From assembly GCA_040954595.2 (NCBI GenBank), contig JBECUI020000033.1, forward strand, positions 124,001 to 188,000: 64,000 bases of DNA, written 5' to 3'. The position numbers and the translations under genes were made by a program. Source of the stretch: Balanoglossus misakiensis (Eukaryota > Animalia > Hemichordata). Below are positions 22,353 through 33,816 of this stretch, piece by piece. The notes under the pieces were generated by a model. That model had not been told where the DNA came from. It saw nothing but the letters and a program-made list of their open reading frames with translations, and searched no databases. The stretch's first letter is position 1. Each line of letters starts with the position of its first letter.

Positions 22353-22793
22353 TTAGGAGCACTCTGATAACCACTTGGACCCTTGGTTAGTATAATATTC
22401 TTTTTTCCATATGGGTACTCGGGATTTTATTTCGTCGATTATGTAATCCATGGCCTGCAGGGCCTGCTTTCTGTGGGGCGCAGCCACAAACACCAATAAG
22501 GCCAGGTCTCCCGGTATGAGCTTCCCTATACGATGTTGACAGAGGGCATTGCTGATAAGAAACTTATCCTGGGCCTCGCGGAGTATACGTCGTCCCTCTT
22601 CACAAGAAAAATTTTCATGACATTCATATTCCAATCGTTCCACTTCTTTTTCTTGGTTGAAACGACGCACCCGACCCTCAAAAATGAGAAAAGCACCATT
22701 TTGGTGTTCTGACTTTTCCTTAAGGTTGTTCAGTTCATAAAGATTAGAGACCTCCAACCTGCCTTTTTGAACATAGAAATCAAAGGTCGACAT
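22353..22793 (-). CDS. moaE: Molybdopterin synthase catalytic subunit
   Basis: FEGRVR, HRIGKL, APHR, IKSRVPIWKKE. Confidence 0.93.
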   Translation of the reverse strand: MSTFDFYVQKGRLEVSNLYELNNLKEKSEHQNGAFLIFEGRVRRFNQEKEVERLEYECHENFSCEEGRRILREAQDKFLISNALCQHRIGKLIPGDLALLVFVAAPHRKQALQAMDYIIDEIKSRVPIWKKEYYTNQGSKWLSECS

Positions 22794-23032
22794 TAACCAC
22801 CACCCACTGGAGGTATAAGGGCAATGGTAAGACCTTCTTCTACTTGGGTTTCTGGGGATACAAAACTATTTTTAACAGCAAAGCGGACCAGTTGAGATGT
22901 CAGGGTAAAATGGTATTTTCGGCTCAGCTCTTCATAAAGTTCTTCTAGGGTTGAAGCTTCGGTTTCTATTGTTGTTTTTGCCATGCCGACCTGTTCTCGT
23001 AGTTCGGCAAAATATTCTAAAGTAACTCTCAT
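22793..23032 (-). CDS. moaD: Molybdopterin synthase sulfur carrier
   Basis: YFAELRE ... IPPVGGG C-terminal Gly-Gly. Start at MRVTL. Confidence 0.9.
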   Translation of the reverse strand: MRVTLEYFAELREQVGMAKTTIETEASTLEELYEELSRKYHFTLTSQLVRFAVKNSFVSPETQVEEGLTIALIPPVGGG

Positions 23033-23042
23033 GTCCCTTCCT

Positions 23043-23534
23043 TCATTCTGAGGCAACTTCATTGTAGTTTTTGGGGCCTTTCCTTTTTTCTATTAACAGG
23101 ACGTTTTCTATGCGAATAGCGTGAGAAAGTGCCTTACACATATCGTACACGGTCAGAGCAGCAATGCTGGCACCGGTCAGGGCTTCCATTTCTACACCAG
23201 TCTTGTAGTAGGCATGTACCCGGCAGAAGATGTGCAGACGATTATTTCCGGCATCTTTTATTTCGATGTCAACATTTTCTATGGGAATGGTATGACACAG
23301 AGGGATAAGGTTTGAAGTCAGCTTTACAGCATTGATTCCAGCCAAAACTGCTGTTTGGAATACGGCTCCCTTTTTTAAAACCAGTTCCCCCTCGTTTAGT
23401 AGGGAATAGATTTCTTCAGGCAAATAGACCTGAGCCTTAGCCTCTGCCTCACGGTGGGTGTAAGGCTTTTCTCCTATATCAACCATTCGAACTCTGTTAT
23501 CTTCAGTCAGATGACTAAGACTTCTTTTTTGCAA
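23043..23534 (-). CDS. moaC: Cyclic pyranopterin monophosphate synthase
   Basis: LSHL...MVDIGEK, LIPLCH, KTGVEMEAL, YDMCKA. Start likely TTG at 23534 after GGAGG. Confidence 0.93.
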   Translation of the reverse strand: MQKRSLSHLTEDNRVRMVDIGEKPYTHREAEAKAQVYLPEEIYSLLNEGELVLKKGAVFQTAVLAGINAVKLTSNLIPLCHTIPIENVDIEIKDAGNNRLHIFCRVHAYYKTGVEMEALTGASIAALTVYDMCKALSHAIRIENVLLIEKRKGPKNYNEVASE

Positions 23535-23535
23535 G

Positions 23536-24540
23536 TCATCCTCCCATCCGGTACATTGGAACCATTTCGTTGGAAGTATTTTTTCTGGATTCAGAACGTT
23601 GTTCTGAATAGCGATCACTTCGGTTTTTCCAAAAACTGCACAGAACTGCGGTAATTTCTTGATCATCTGCCCCTCCTCGTAGAAGAGGCTTCAATGCCAA
23701 GCCAGATTTAGCAAACAAGCAGGAATACAGTATCCCTGAGGCCGATAAGCGCACCCGAACGCAATCTTGGCAAAAGGGATGACTTATGGATGAAATAAAA
23801 CCGATTTCTCCCTGACCATCTTTGTAGCGGAAGCGTCTGGCTACTTCTCCCTTATAGGAAGATTCGAGAGGTTCAAGAGGATAAACCTGATGAATTTTTT
23901 TATAGAGGGAATCAGAAAAAATCACATGTTCCTCAGACCAGTTTTCTGTGCCGCCCACATCCATGTATTCAATGAAGCGCAGGATGAAGTGTGGTTTCCT
24001 GAAATATTCCACAAGCTTCATGAACTGGTCCTCATTTCTTTTCCGTTGGAGTACAGTGTTTATCTTTATAGGAGAGAATCCTACTTCCAGAGCTCTCTCT
24101 ATCCCGGCTAGAACAGTGCTAATGGAAGCACGGCCTCCGGTCATTTTCCTGTAGACTAAAGGGTCAATGGCATCAATGCTTAGAGTTATGCGGTTAAGCC
24201 CTGCATCGTAGAGTCTTTTAGCCTGTTTCTGTAGCAGGGTACCGTTGGTAATAAGCGCTATGTCTCTTATTTCTGGTATGGCCTTCAAGCGAGCTACCAG
24301 GGAGGGCAGCCAAGGACGGAGCATGGGCTCTCCACCTGTTATTTTCACCTTTTCTACCCCCAGAGGAACCATAAGAGTAACCAACCGTTTTATTTCTTCG
24401 AAACTAAGAAGTTGGTTTTCTGACAAAAAACTGTAGCCTTTATTGGTTTGAGGCATGCAATAGGGACAACGGAAATTGCAGGAATCGGTTACCGATAGGC
24501 GGAGATCTTTCATGGGGCGGGAATAACGATCGCTTAACAT
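23536..24540 (-). CDS. moaA: GTP 3',8-cyclase (radical SAM)
   Basis: LRLSVTDSCNFRCPYCM, TGGEP, FCQDCVRVRLS...CL, C-terminal MGG. Confidence 0.96.
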   Translation of the reverse strand: MLSDRYSRPMKDLRLSVTDSCNFRCPYCMPQTNKGYSFLSENQLLSFEEIKRLVTLMVPLGVEKVKITGGEPMLRPWLPSLVARLKAIPEIRDIALITNGTLLQKQAKRLYDAGLNRITLSIDAIDPLVYRKMTGGRASISTVLAGIERALEVGFSPIKINTVLQRKRNEDQFMKLVEYFRKPHFILRFIEYMDVGGTENWSEEHVIFSDSLYKKIHQVYPLEPLESSYKGEVARRFRYKDGQGEIGFISSISHPFCQDCVRVRLSASGILYSCLFAKSGLALKPLLRGGADDQEITAVLCSFWKNRSDRYSEQRSESRKNTSNEMVPMYRMGG

Positions 24541-25001
24541 AGTTTCTGGCTGATACTACCATGCATCAAATCTTGGAGTCCAGTCTGAAAAGCAGGATTC
24601 CCGGAACTCCCATGTAGAATTCAGACCAAACTGTTTGTGATGCGAAGGCACAATTTGAGCGATTAAAACTAGTTTGGAGTCTCTTTGAATATATTGGGTT
24701 TATCTAAAATTCCTTGTTTCGATCTGATCCGGACTTCTTTCCATCCTTTAATCATATTCAACCACGATAAAATACAGACCTGTAGGAATTCAGGAACAAG
24801 GGATTAGCCATAAATACCCTAAGGCACCATTATTGACGCCTTGCCCCTTGGCTTGTTAGATCTCATAAAGGTTGGATTAGGGGGGTATTATCAAGGCTTT
24901 CCATGAAGCACAAGGGATCCTAGGAAAGTAAAGCCGCACCAAAAAATTGTAATAAAATCTACCTAAGAAGGGGCTAAGATAAAGGTATGAAGGGCTGAGT
25001 C

Positions 25002-25032
25002 AAGAGGAGGGGGGGTCCCCCCCCCTCTTTTC
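25002..25032. terminator. G/C hairpin, probable terminator of the upstream minus-strand lipoprotein gene
   Basis: AAGAGGAGGGGGGG-T-CCCCCCCCCTCTTTT inverted repeat about 70 bp after the stop at 25105. Confidence 0.5.
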
Positions 25033-25104
25033 GGCCCTTCTTCCTTTTTTACACATTGACAAAATATCTCTGTGGAAAGGTGACTCGTTAGACGATCTTT
25101 CCTC

Positions 25105-26463
25105 TTATGGGGCCACTGCTGTAAACCTGGCGCTGAGCACATTACCTGCATTATTAGAGGCCACAGCGTAAAAGCTATAAGTCGTAGAGGAAGTAAGACC
25201 AGATACCGAAGTTTCGGTGGTCATTATCCAACCGCTGTTGTCGGCAATAATAGCATCATAATCAGCAGCATCCTCATCGACTGCCTTATAGGAATAAGCA
25301 ACCGTCGCTGCTGGATCAGCACCTGTTACAGTCCCCGGAGTGATCGTGATCTCTCCAACATTTGCAGACGCAGCCGCAGACGGTGCGGTCCCCCAAGTAC
25401 CTGCAGCAGCAGCTTCAATCGTGGCATCGACCTTGGCAGAGAGAACTGAATCTACAACGTTAATTAACAGACCGTAGATGGCATAACTCCCGCCAGCTCC
25501 ATCCACTAGCATATAGGTATTGGCATCCTCTCCCGGCATGAGCACCGCCCAGCCTTTGTTACGTCAACAAGGTCAGCAGGATCCGTAACGTCCTCACCAC
25601 CTTTCTTATAGTAGAAAGTAGCGTCGCTTCTGGATCACCCGCTAGGAATGTGGTACCCGGCGTAACGGTGATCGTTTAACTGACCTTTTACAGTAGTATC
25701 TGTTGCCGGAAAGTTCAAGCCATCCCACTGTGCTGCGGTACCTGCCCCAACCGCTGAAGTTAACTTATCGCTAAGAACCTTAGCTCCATCATTTGTGGCC
25801 ACAGCATAAATAGTGTAATCATCCCCCATCGCCTGCCGCGAGAGTTACTGTAAGGTCGGTGAAGTGAGTCCAGCCTTTGGTTACGTCAACAAGGTCAGCA
25901 GGATCCGTAACGTCCTCACCATCTTTCTTATAATAGTAAGTAATTACCGGGGGCCGGGGTGCCATCAGCTGCTCCAGCTGTTACCGTGAACTCTAAAATA
26001 TCACCAGTCGAGACTGTAGGCTGCGTGGTCCAACTTGGGTTAACACCTAGGGGCATTACTTCAGCAGTAACCGCAGCACTGAGCACGTTACCAAGAGAAT
26101 TCGAAGCCACACCGTAAATAGTATACATTCCAGGATCGAGATCTGTTACTGTCACGGTGAAGGCTGAACCTGTGTCATCCGCTACGCCAACAACTTCTGT
26201 CCATCCGTTATCAACAAAAGCATAATCTCCTGTATTAGGAGTGTCTGTTGGGGCTATTTGTAATAAAATTTTACAGACAGCGAAGTTCCCGCCAAATTGT
26301 TTACACTTATAACTAACTCACCAGCGGCGCTGGAAGTCGCCCCCAGCACATCTGTACCCTCTGGTGGGCCAGGCTGCACCAATAGTGGTTGTAGTCGTCA
26401 CTACACAGGAGAGAGCTAACATACCTGCCAGCAAGCAACAACTAAAATTTGTACTGTTTTCAT
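25105..26463 (-). pseudogene. Fragmented repeat-containing surface lipoprotein (Fn3-like modules)
   Basis: GGAGG-ATG at 26463, lipobox-like LALSC after a frameshift. Fragments 25928-26155, 25635-25829 and 25105-25545 share Y(T/S)(I/F)Y(G/A)VA(S/T)NxxGxVLS. A ~72-bp direct repeat lies at about 25548 and 25870. Confidence 0.7.
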
Positions 26464-26591
26464 ATAAAACCTCCATTCATATAAATAACCCCTTAATTCT
26501 GTTTTGTCAATACTTTTTTGCAACTTGACAACTTCTCAACACAAAGCACTCAAGATATACTGTCAACAGCATATCTTCCCGACTCGAGACC

Positions 26592-26625
26592 AATTATCAT
26601 AATAGTGTAATTATCATAATAGTGT
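26592..26625. repeat. Perfect 17-bp tandem duplication upstream of the lipoprotein gene
   Basis: AATTATCATAATAGTGT x2. Confidence 0.85.
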
Positions 26626-27540
26626 AAATTTTTTTTCCGTGTCAACTTCCATTCCACAACTACGCTACTAGATGTGTTCCAGGTTGGAACAGCTTCTTCA
26701 CAGGGCAAGTAGCACAATAACAATCAGAGTAGCAGCCACTACGAATTATGAAGCTTTTCTATAGAAGCTTCATCTCTATGGATAATACTTTATTTCTAAA
26801 TTTACCAATACTTTCTTTATGATTTTTTGAAGTTATGTAAAATAAGCGGAGTTTGACAAACAATTCTCCACAATCTCAGCAAGGGAGTTAAAGTCTTATA
26901 TTAAAAGTATTATATAAAAGGAGAAGAGTGCCTGAATACCTGAGGAACAATAGGGAGAATTAGCCTTTCCCTTATTCCCAGTATTCTACTGAGGTTGAGC
27001 ATTTTACTTCGTTAGTTTGTTTGCTTAAGGTTAGCTTGGAGACGGTAGAGTCTCGTCAAATAGTGTAATTCTACTGTTTCCGAATGCCCTTAAATACCTC
27101 ACTCCATTTTTTTCTGCCGTCAACAAGTGTGTGTCCCTCTCTGTTTGAGTTGCCCCCTTGTGGCATTTCGACTCATATGCTAACAGTTGGTACTTGCCGC
27201 TCTTTTTGATAGCTTGGCCCATAAGAGCGCCGACTAATTGACTTGATTGCTGAAGTGTTCGGGCCAGTCTAAGGTCAGATGGGTTTCGCAATACTTGATT
27301 TCCTTGTTCAATCGTTAAAGAGGATTCCTATTCGAGGTTGACCATTACGGATCAGGGGCAACTCAACCTGACGATAGCGCTCCACTGTCCGATTGTTAAA
27401 AAGCACCAAACCCTAAGAGCCTGCCTAACAAGAGAATCCTGCTTTAGCTTCAGTTCAGTTGAAATGAGGTGTATCGCAATCCCCAAGCTGATTGAGTTCA
27501 TCAGTCTGCTCTGGGATTGATTCAGGAATCAGCGCTTTGA

Positions 27541-27853
27541 TCATTTCCTTTTTTTGAAGAGCTTCGTGATTGTTTCCTTCATATTGATGACGCACTTGAA
27601 GATGATGACGTTGCGTGAGATGATGACGCACGTGAAGATTCCATTGGGCAGAATGAACCAGGTAGAGTAACCACTCGATTGCGGATTGCCAAGTATATTA
27701 TCTACCCCACCGTTCCAGCGTATTCCTAGGGATTTCTTCCCGCCCATTCCATTGCTGCCAGTGCCCAACTGCTTCCCTACCTCTACGAATGACTTTAAGG
27801 TCTTTTATTTTGTCCTTGGGGGAGCAGACTTCCTCAGGTTTTGTATAACACAT
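27541..27853 (-). pseudogene. Small conserved-looking hypothetical protein, two frameshifts
   Basis: AAGGAG-ATG at 27853. Repairing two 1-nt losses gives MCYTKPEEVCSPKDKIKDLKVIRRGREGSWALAAMEWGGKKSLGIRWNG...GNPQSSGYSTWFILP. Confidence 0.55.
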
Positions 27854-28499
27854 TGCAATACTCCTTTGCGTTTAACAGTACGTGAATTGTTCACAGTATT
27901 AATAAGTGTACCATGTATATGTGCAGTCAAGGGATTAATGAAGATCTTTTCTGATTCGACACATCCTCAGCGCTTTCTGTAATCTGGTAGAAAAAACAGG
28001 AGATTACCCTGAGCACAATACGAACCGTTACAGAAACACTGATCAGACAGGCCAAGGCCGACATCCATCCTGATCCCATGCTGTCCTTACTGATGATGAT
28101 GTTGAAGTTCAGCGCACGCTCAGTGTCATTCAGTAGAGCCGAGAATCAGCAAAAACAAGTTTCGCCGCAGCCAAAGCCGTCTGATTGAAAAGGGCGAGGT
28201 CATTATGTCATTCGAGGAGTGTGCTTTTTTTGCGTCTCTATCATCTCGACTTTGAGTTGATCGTGCCTGTGGATCGTGAGATCGAGCTCCTCGAATTTCA
28301 AGAGTCGGTCTCCCGCTTTATCCAACACAACTCTGTTTTGACCATAAGTTAAGAATTGTTTTAATCGATTTCCTTGTAGAGAACGGTATCTGGAGGATTA
28401 ACTTTCTGAAAGTTAATCTGTCTTTTCCTTTCGCTGCCCTTGGCTGCTTTTACAGGAGGGCTGTTTGTATAGATGGTTTTGGGTCGGGGGGGAGTGGTG

Positions 28500-29153
28500 T
28501 CACTCCCATTGGTATTGTGGGTGATAGGAGTCACCTCTACCAAGCATGTAAGACCATTTACAACAGATCAGTCTTAACTGGTAAAAAAGATTCTTCTGTT
28601 CGTTTGTCTCCCAAGAAAGAAACACTCGGGCTATGGGGAATTTTTTCCTGAGAGCTTTAAGAACGGTCAGAATTTCCATTAACTGAAGAATCAGATCTCG
28701 AAGGATGCGATAAGGCCCCACTCTTTGTTTAATCATTTTATGAACTTTCAAAACCAATCCAACTGCTGCTGCACAATGCCTTTTGGCTAGTTCTTCCAAC
28801 AGTACCCAGCCAATCTTGCAAAGTCGCAGTTTGAGAGTTCCTGGATTGGTTCCTAATTTCTGAGCCCATGTAGACAGGCTGATGTCCTTCTGGGCATAGG
28901 ACAGGATGGAATCGTAGGGAATTTCTACCTTTTCATAATAGGAAACTAGAAAAGAGCTTGTAGAAAAAGATTTTTCACAAGAACAGCATAAGTAGTTCCA
29001 AACTATCCCATGTCTGTTGTTCTTTTTAGTTCCCCGGAATCTGAACCAATGGGGCCTCTGGGGACGAGCATGATTTACGCATTCCGAATAAGGACAGAAT
29101 TCCGGCTCTGGTATTGCTTGTCTGCAATTTTTTTTTGCCTTGATACAAAACAT
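28500..29153 (-). pseudogene. Zinc-ribbon/HTH protein resembling an IS1/IS1595-like transposase N-terminus
   Basis: FCPYSEC...G...YLCCSCEKSFS zinc ribbon followed by HTH-like SLSTWAQKLGTNPGTLKLRL. No DDE domain recognised. Confidence 0.5.
28588..28601 (-). repeat. Dispersed motif, 14-bp core copy
   Basis: AGATTCTTCTGTTC, preceded by GGTAAAA, similar to the flank of the copy at 17317. Confidence 0.75.
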
Positions 29154-30608
29154 AATAAGCTCCTAATTTTTAAATTTTATACAGAGGTACCTAGGGAAAT
29201 AATTCAAATTCTGGCCAGGTTTCCGACTGGAGTTTGTTTAATTTGTATTTCCATAATGCTTAATGTGATGTCTTTGCTTGGGTTAAGGATTTATGGTCGA
29301 TGCACCGAGGTTTGTTAGTTTACGGGAATGATCTGACTGCTGTCTTTTTCTAGTCTGAAGTGATTCTTATAAGAATACCTACAATAATACTTCAGAAAAT
29401 ATGCCTTAGTCCCGATAAGTAAAGGAAGGTAATTGCTGATAGGCAGTTCCTAGCTAAACTTTGCCCGCAGGAAAAACGACGTCCCCAGTCCCCCCCCCCC
29501 GGGTATTTTTTTGTATCTAAAACTTCATGGACGGCTAGAACGAACAGCAGGGTATACACTGTTTCAAGCTAGACACTCATTTCAGAAGCAGTCGGATAGT
29601 GCTTCTGAAATGAATCCAGAGAACTGTACAGGAAATAAATGGACTTTCATTCCAGTACTACCACATTACTCAACATCTCCAGAAAATAAAGACCTTTAAG
29701 AGTCAATCTCGTGCTACGTACAATTTTGATTGCATCATGTAGGTGTTCACAACAATGTCTAGATGAGGGGATTAAATTTACAACAATTACACAAATCCAA
29801 TCCTCTCTATTGAAATCTAACATTACCAAGATAGACTATTAGCTGAAAACATGGTCGGAGACTCTTTTCTTAGCTTTCCACCCGATGTATGGCCCCTCCT
29901 GGTACTTGCTTGCTGAGTTTAACCAGATTATCAGTGAACAGCTTGGAGTCACAGTAATCAAAAACTTACCAAACTGCGAATTCCCAGAGGAGTATTTCCC
30001 CCAGGTTCCTGTCAGATTAAGGGAAAACGCAGTTAAAATAATCTACAATGAGCGAATTGCAACCGTTTATGCTGATAACGAGAGGTTATTTCAGCAGAAC
30101 AGGAATAAAAAAACCAGACAATCACACTAGGGCCTAATCGCCTATGCCATCCTGCATAACATTATTCACTCCTGGTCTACAGAACAATCCCTGAAATGGA
30201 TGGAGAATATTGGAGAAGAGGTTAACTCCTTATTCCCTCTGACAAGTTAGCCTCATAGATAACAGACATACAGATCCTGCGAGGGGGGCTTTCTGTCTCC
30301 CGTAAAGAAATACAAATCAGAAGATTTGTATTAGGACTGCAGGCGAGTTCTGAATTATGGCCGTATCAGTTTCAGTGAGATAAAACTCTACCCTGAAGAA
30401 AAATACTTACAGGATACCTCGGAGAACTGCATGGAGAGTAATTGTGTTCTATAGACTGACTTTATAGCGGAGATCTGCACATAGATTGTGAGGGTTCCCA
30501 TTTTTTAAGCTTCTGCTTGTGTTTCCCCAGAATCTCTATCTGAATGCATTGGGATATACAAACGAAGTAGAGAATTTTTTCAAGTAGGAGTCTTTATGTT
30601 CCATTCCT

Positions 30609-33137
30609 CTAGCAAGTAGGTAGGCTAAGTTTTATGAAAGAGGGTAGGGGAGAAGTTTCATGCCTGGTTGTGTCTTTTCTTTTCCACAATTCCCAGAGTA
30701 GTCCCAATCCCCAGCAGGCTCCCATTAAAAGGGGGAACCAATCTCCCCATCTTTGATAAAGAGTAGGGGGGGCTTCCGGGTCGGGAAGATGTACTTCTCC
30801 ACTTATCCAGCCAGGTTCGTAGGGTGGGGGTGAGCCTGTTGGATGCGCCCTCCAGCATCGGCGATAAGAGTCCATCCTGAACTGGTCGCCCTGACAAGGG
30901 GACGGCGGTTCTCGACGGTGCGGAACAGGGCATGAACAGCGTGCTGGTAGCCTTCCTGAGGAGTAACAGCCCAATAGTCGTTACTCAGATTGACAATCAC
31001 TTGGGCTCCAGCAGTAACAAATCGGCGTACGTGGTTAGGGAAGACGTCCTCAAAACAGATGGGGGTGGAAAAGCGAAATCCCGGCCCCTGGTAGACGGTA
31101 TGTTCTGTTCCAGGAGTCCACTGGGTGGAGGCAAAGTTTTGCAAGAGAGCATCAATTTTGGGTAGAGTTTTTTTATAGGGGAAATTTTCGGTAAAGGGGA
31201 CTAAAAGAATTTTGTAGTAGTAGAATCGGTCTTCTGGGCCTTCACGGCCTGGCATTAGAAGCATGGAGGCATTTTGTATCCTTTTTATATCTTCTTGATT
31301 TTCATCCTTTTCAAAAAAATGGTCCTGGGTACCAGTGACCAAAGCCACCTGCCAGGATTCCTGCCAGGAAAAAAGTTTATTGACCAGTTTCCTTCGGTTC
31401 CTTTCTTCCATGGAGGGTTGAAGCCAGAATCTGATATCCGGAGGGAAGCCTCCCTCGGGCCAGGCGATTAGATCTTGGGGCCCCGATGCTAGGGCTTGGT
31501 CTGAGAGTCTGATAAGTTCATCAAGACTTTGCTGGTAATCGTGTTTCCTAGGATCAGTGTTTTGCTGAATAGCGGCGATACGTACCGTCGGGGAGTTTTG
31601 TTGATAGCGGTCCAACTTCTTCAGGGCCAGGCTCCCCTGAACCGAGATAAGGACCACAAGTCCTGCTGTTACGGTCGCAGGAATCCAGTTTCTGAGAGAC
31701 TTTTGGGTTTTGGGGGTTCTTTTGAAGTATTTTTCTATCCCTACGGTCAATGCTCCTCCAGACAAGTGGCACATGAAGGTAACTCCCCAGACACCCGAGA
31801 AGGAGGCTAGTTGTATGAAAGGGGTAAAAGCATACTGGCTTACTCCCAAGGCTCCCCAGGGATAGGCAAGAAAACCTAGAGTTCGGGTCCATTCAAAAAA
31901 AGTCCACAAGGCTGCTGCCAGAATCCACCATCCAGACCCTCCCCGTGAAGGCTGATTAGCAGAAGAATAAGAAATGGGGCAAAAATAATCAGGTTTAAAA
32001 TGGTGGTAAAAGGTAGGGACACGTAGTTAAAGGTTCCCTGCCAGTAGTTGATCAGAAGAATCTGCAATCCAGTAAAGGTAAAGGCATAGAAAATTCCTTT
32101 TCCCGGGTAACTGCGCGTAGGGCCAGATAGAGGGGGACCGTGGCGAACCAGGCTAGAGGGGCTAGGCCTTGGGACCGCAGAAAACTTGGGGGGGCCAGGG
32201 CATACAGTAATGCTGCCAGAGCAATCCAGCCCAGAGCGGGGGCTTCCAGGAGAATCTTCCTTTTCCCAACGAACCATTCTTTTTTAATCCGGTGGAAAAC
32301 AGACCTTCCCCACCCATAGAGAGAGAGAAGCTGCAAAGGAAGAAAGCGCAGCATAGCGATCTTCCTTTCGGTGCTGGTATCAGCAAGATCTAGCCCCCCG
32401 TTGGTCGCTACAAAAAGCTGGACGTAGGGTAAATCACCATTAATGGCATAAATAAAGGCAAAAAGGTGGAGTAGGGTTCCCACAGAGATAAGGACTTCCA
32501 ATAAGAAGGATGGGAACTTTCCTTTCAACAGAAAGAGGGCCAGAAGAAGCTCTCCCCCCAGCCAAAGAAGGTAAAGGTAGTTAGCCAAGGTCATTCCCGC
32601 CGAGGATGCAGAAAGAATTTCGGGATAATCAAGAGCTTCTCCAAGTTTGTTTCTGCCTGCTAGGAAGTTCTCTAGGGTTCCCGTATCATCGCTCCAGCGG
32701 CTGCTAATCTCCCCCGATGCCAGGTCGAGAATGTTTAAGGAAACCCTGAATGTACCTTCCCAATTGCTGATTCTCCCGCGGATAATACTTTCCTGTCCTA
32801 ATTCTCTACCCAATTCTAGGACTTCATCGGTGGAGAGAATAACGTTATTGAAGATATCTAGTCGGCTTTGGGTATCTATGTACCAGTTTTCTATGAATGA
32901 ACGGGGGGAGAGTTTAAAAGCACGGCTGGAACTTATTTCCTGTTCAATTTTCTTTTCCAGGGCCCTTTTTTGGATTTCATCTAAGGAAGGGGCATAGATG
33001 GGCATTAAAACAATCGAAGGCTTGCGAATAAAAGTCCATGGTCCCCAAAAGCTGAGAAAAATCTCGACCACAACAAGTAGAACTACGAGACCTCCACCAA
33101 TGTGATAAGTTCGGTGAAGTCTCTGCAAGCTTATCAT
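30609..33137 (-). CDS. lnt: Apolipoprotein N-acyltransferase with long N-terminal extension, split by 3 frameshifts
   Basis: Overlapping ORFs 32052-33137, 31876-32277, 30803-31909 and 30609-30974 read consecutively. Lnt motifs FEWTRTLGFLAYPW, WPEG, YYKILLVPFTE, ICFED, NLSND, TLYQRWGDW. Confidence 0.88.
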
Positions 33138-33454
33138 GCATGTAAGTATACCTTAGGCCAGAAGGATGCTCTAGAAAAAAATCTATTCTGGTAATAAGGA
33201 AGTAGGTGAGGATTCCTTTGGTAGACAGAATTTCCTTTTAAGTACAGTTCTCTCATATAATCCTTAACGAAGAGTGGGAATGAAGATGTGTTAAATTAAG
33301 GAATCAAAAATAAAATTTCTGCCGAAACCCAGCGAAAGAATCATGCTCCCATTTATTCAGGTTCTTTTCGCAGGTTCTCTAGGAAGTTTTGATTGGATTT
33401 TTTTAGCTTTTCAAATAATCGGGGTGATAATTCTTTTAACGGTAAATAATTCAA

Positions 33455-33476
33455 ATGAACAGAAGAATCTCCTTTT
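33455..33476 (+). repeat. Dispersed 22-bp motif (perfect copy)
   Basis: ATGAACAGAAGAATCTCCTTTT, intergenic between lnt and tRNA-Arg. Confidence 0.95.
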
Positions 33477-33742
33477 CTTTTTTCCTCCCCATTTTCCAAC
33501 CACGGTTCCCTCTATTCTCTAGTCCCACAAACTCATTGAACTATACCCCCCCCTCCTGGAAATGCAAAAAATACACCAGTTGCTAGACCTCATGTCTTGA
33601 AACGGTAACAAAGTTGCTGGCAAACTTTCTATCTAGGGTAAACTCCCGACGGACACTAAGGTTAACAACAAAAGGATGGGGGGGGGACTACTTTGTCTTA
33701 TAAATTTAAGAGTAGTCAAGTCTGTTCAGGCATGCTAGTTTT

Positions 33743-33816
33743 TACCCCGAAGCCGATTCGAACGGCTGACCTACTGCTTAGGAGGCAATTGCTCTATCCA
33801 TCTGAGCTACCGGGGC
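33743..33816 (-). tRNA. tRNA-Arg(CCT)
   Basis: GCCCCGGTAGCTCAGATGGATAGAGCAATTGCCT-CCT-AAGCAGTAGGTCAGCCGTTCGAATCGGCTTCGGGGTA folds as a cloverleaf with a GTTCGAAT T-loop. CCA not encoded. Confidence 0.95.

Noticed and set aside
24541-24960. Moco riboswitch upstream of moaA
   Set aside because: I could not find the conserved elements on the minus strand by eye. An Rfam/Infernal scan would settle it.
29490-29500. C11 homopolymer as a phase-variation switch
   Set aside because: It is not within or clearly upstream of a recognisable gene.
29200-30600. oriC or dif site in the gene-poor interval where motif orientation flips
   Set aside because: No TTATCCACA cluster or XerC/XerD-like 28-mer was recognised.
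32052-32062. Partial motif match CAGAAGAATCT inside lnt
   Set aside because: Only 11 bp with non-matching flanks, inside coding sequence; plausible by chance.
33743-33816. tRNA-Arg as an island attachment site
   Set aside because: I saw no duplicated tRNA 3' end or integrase in the window.
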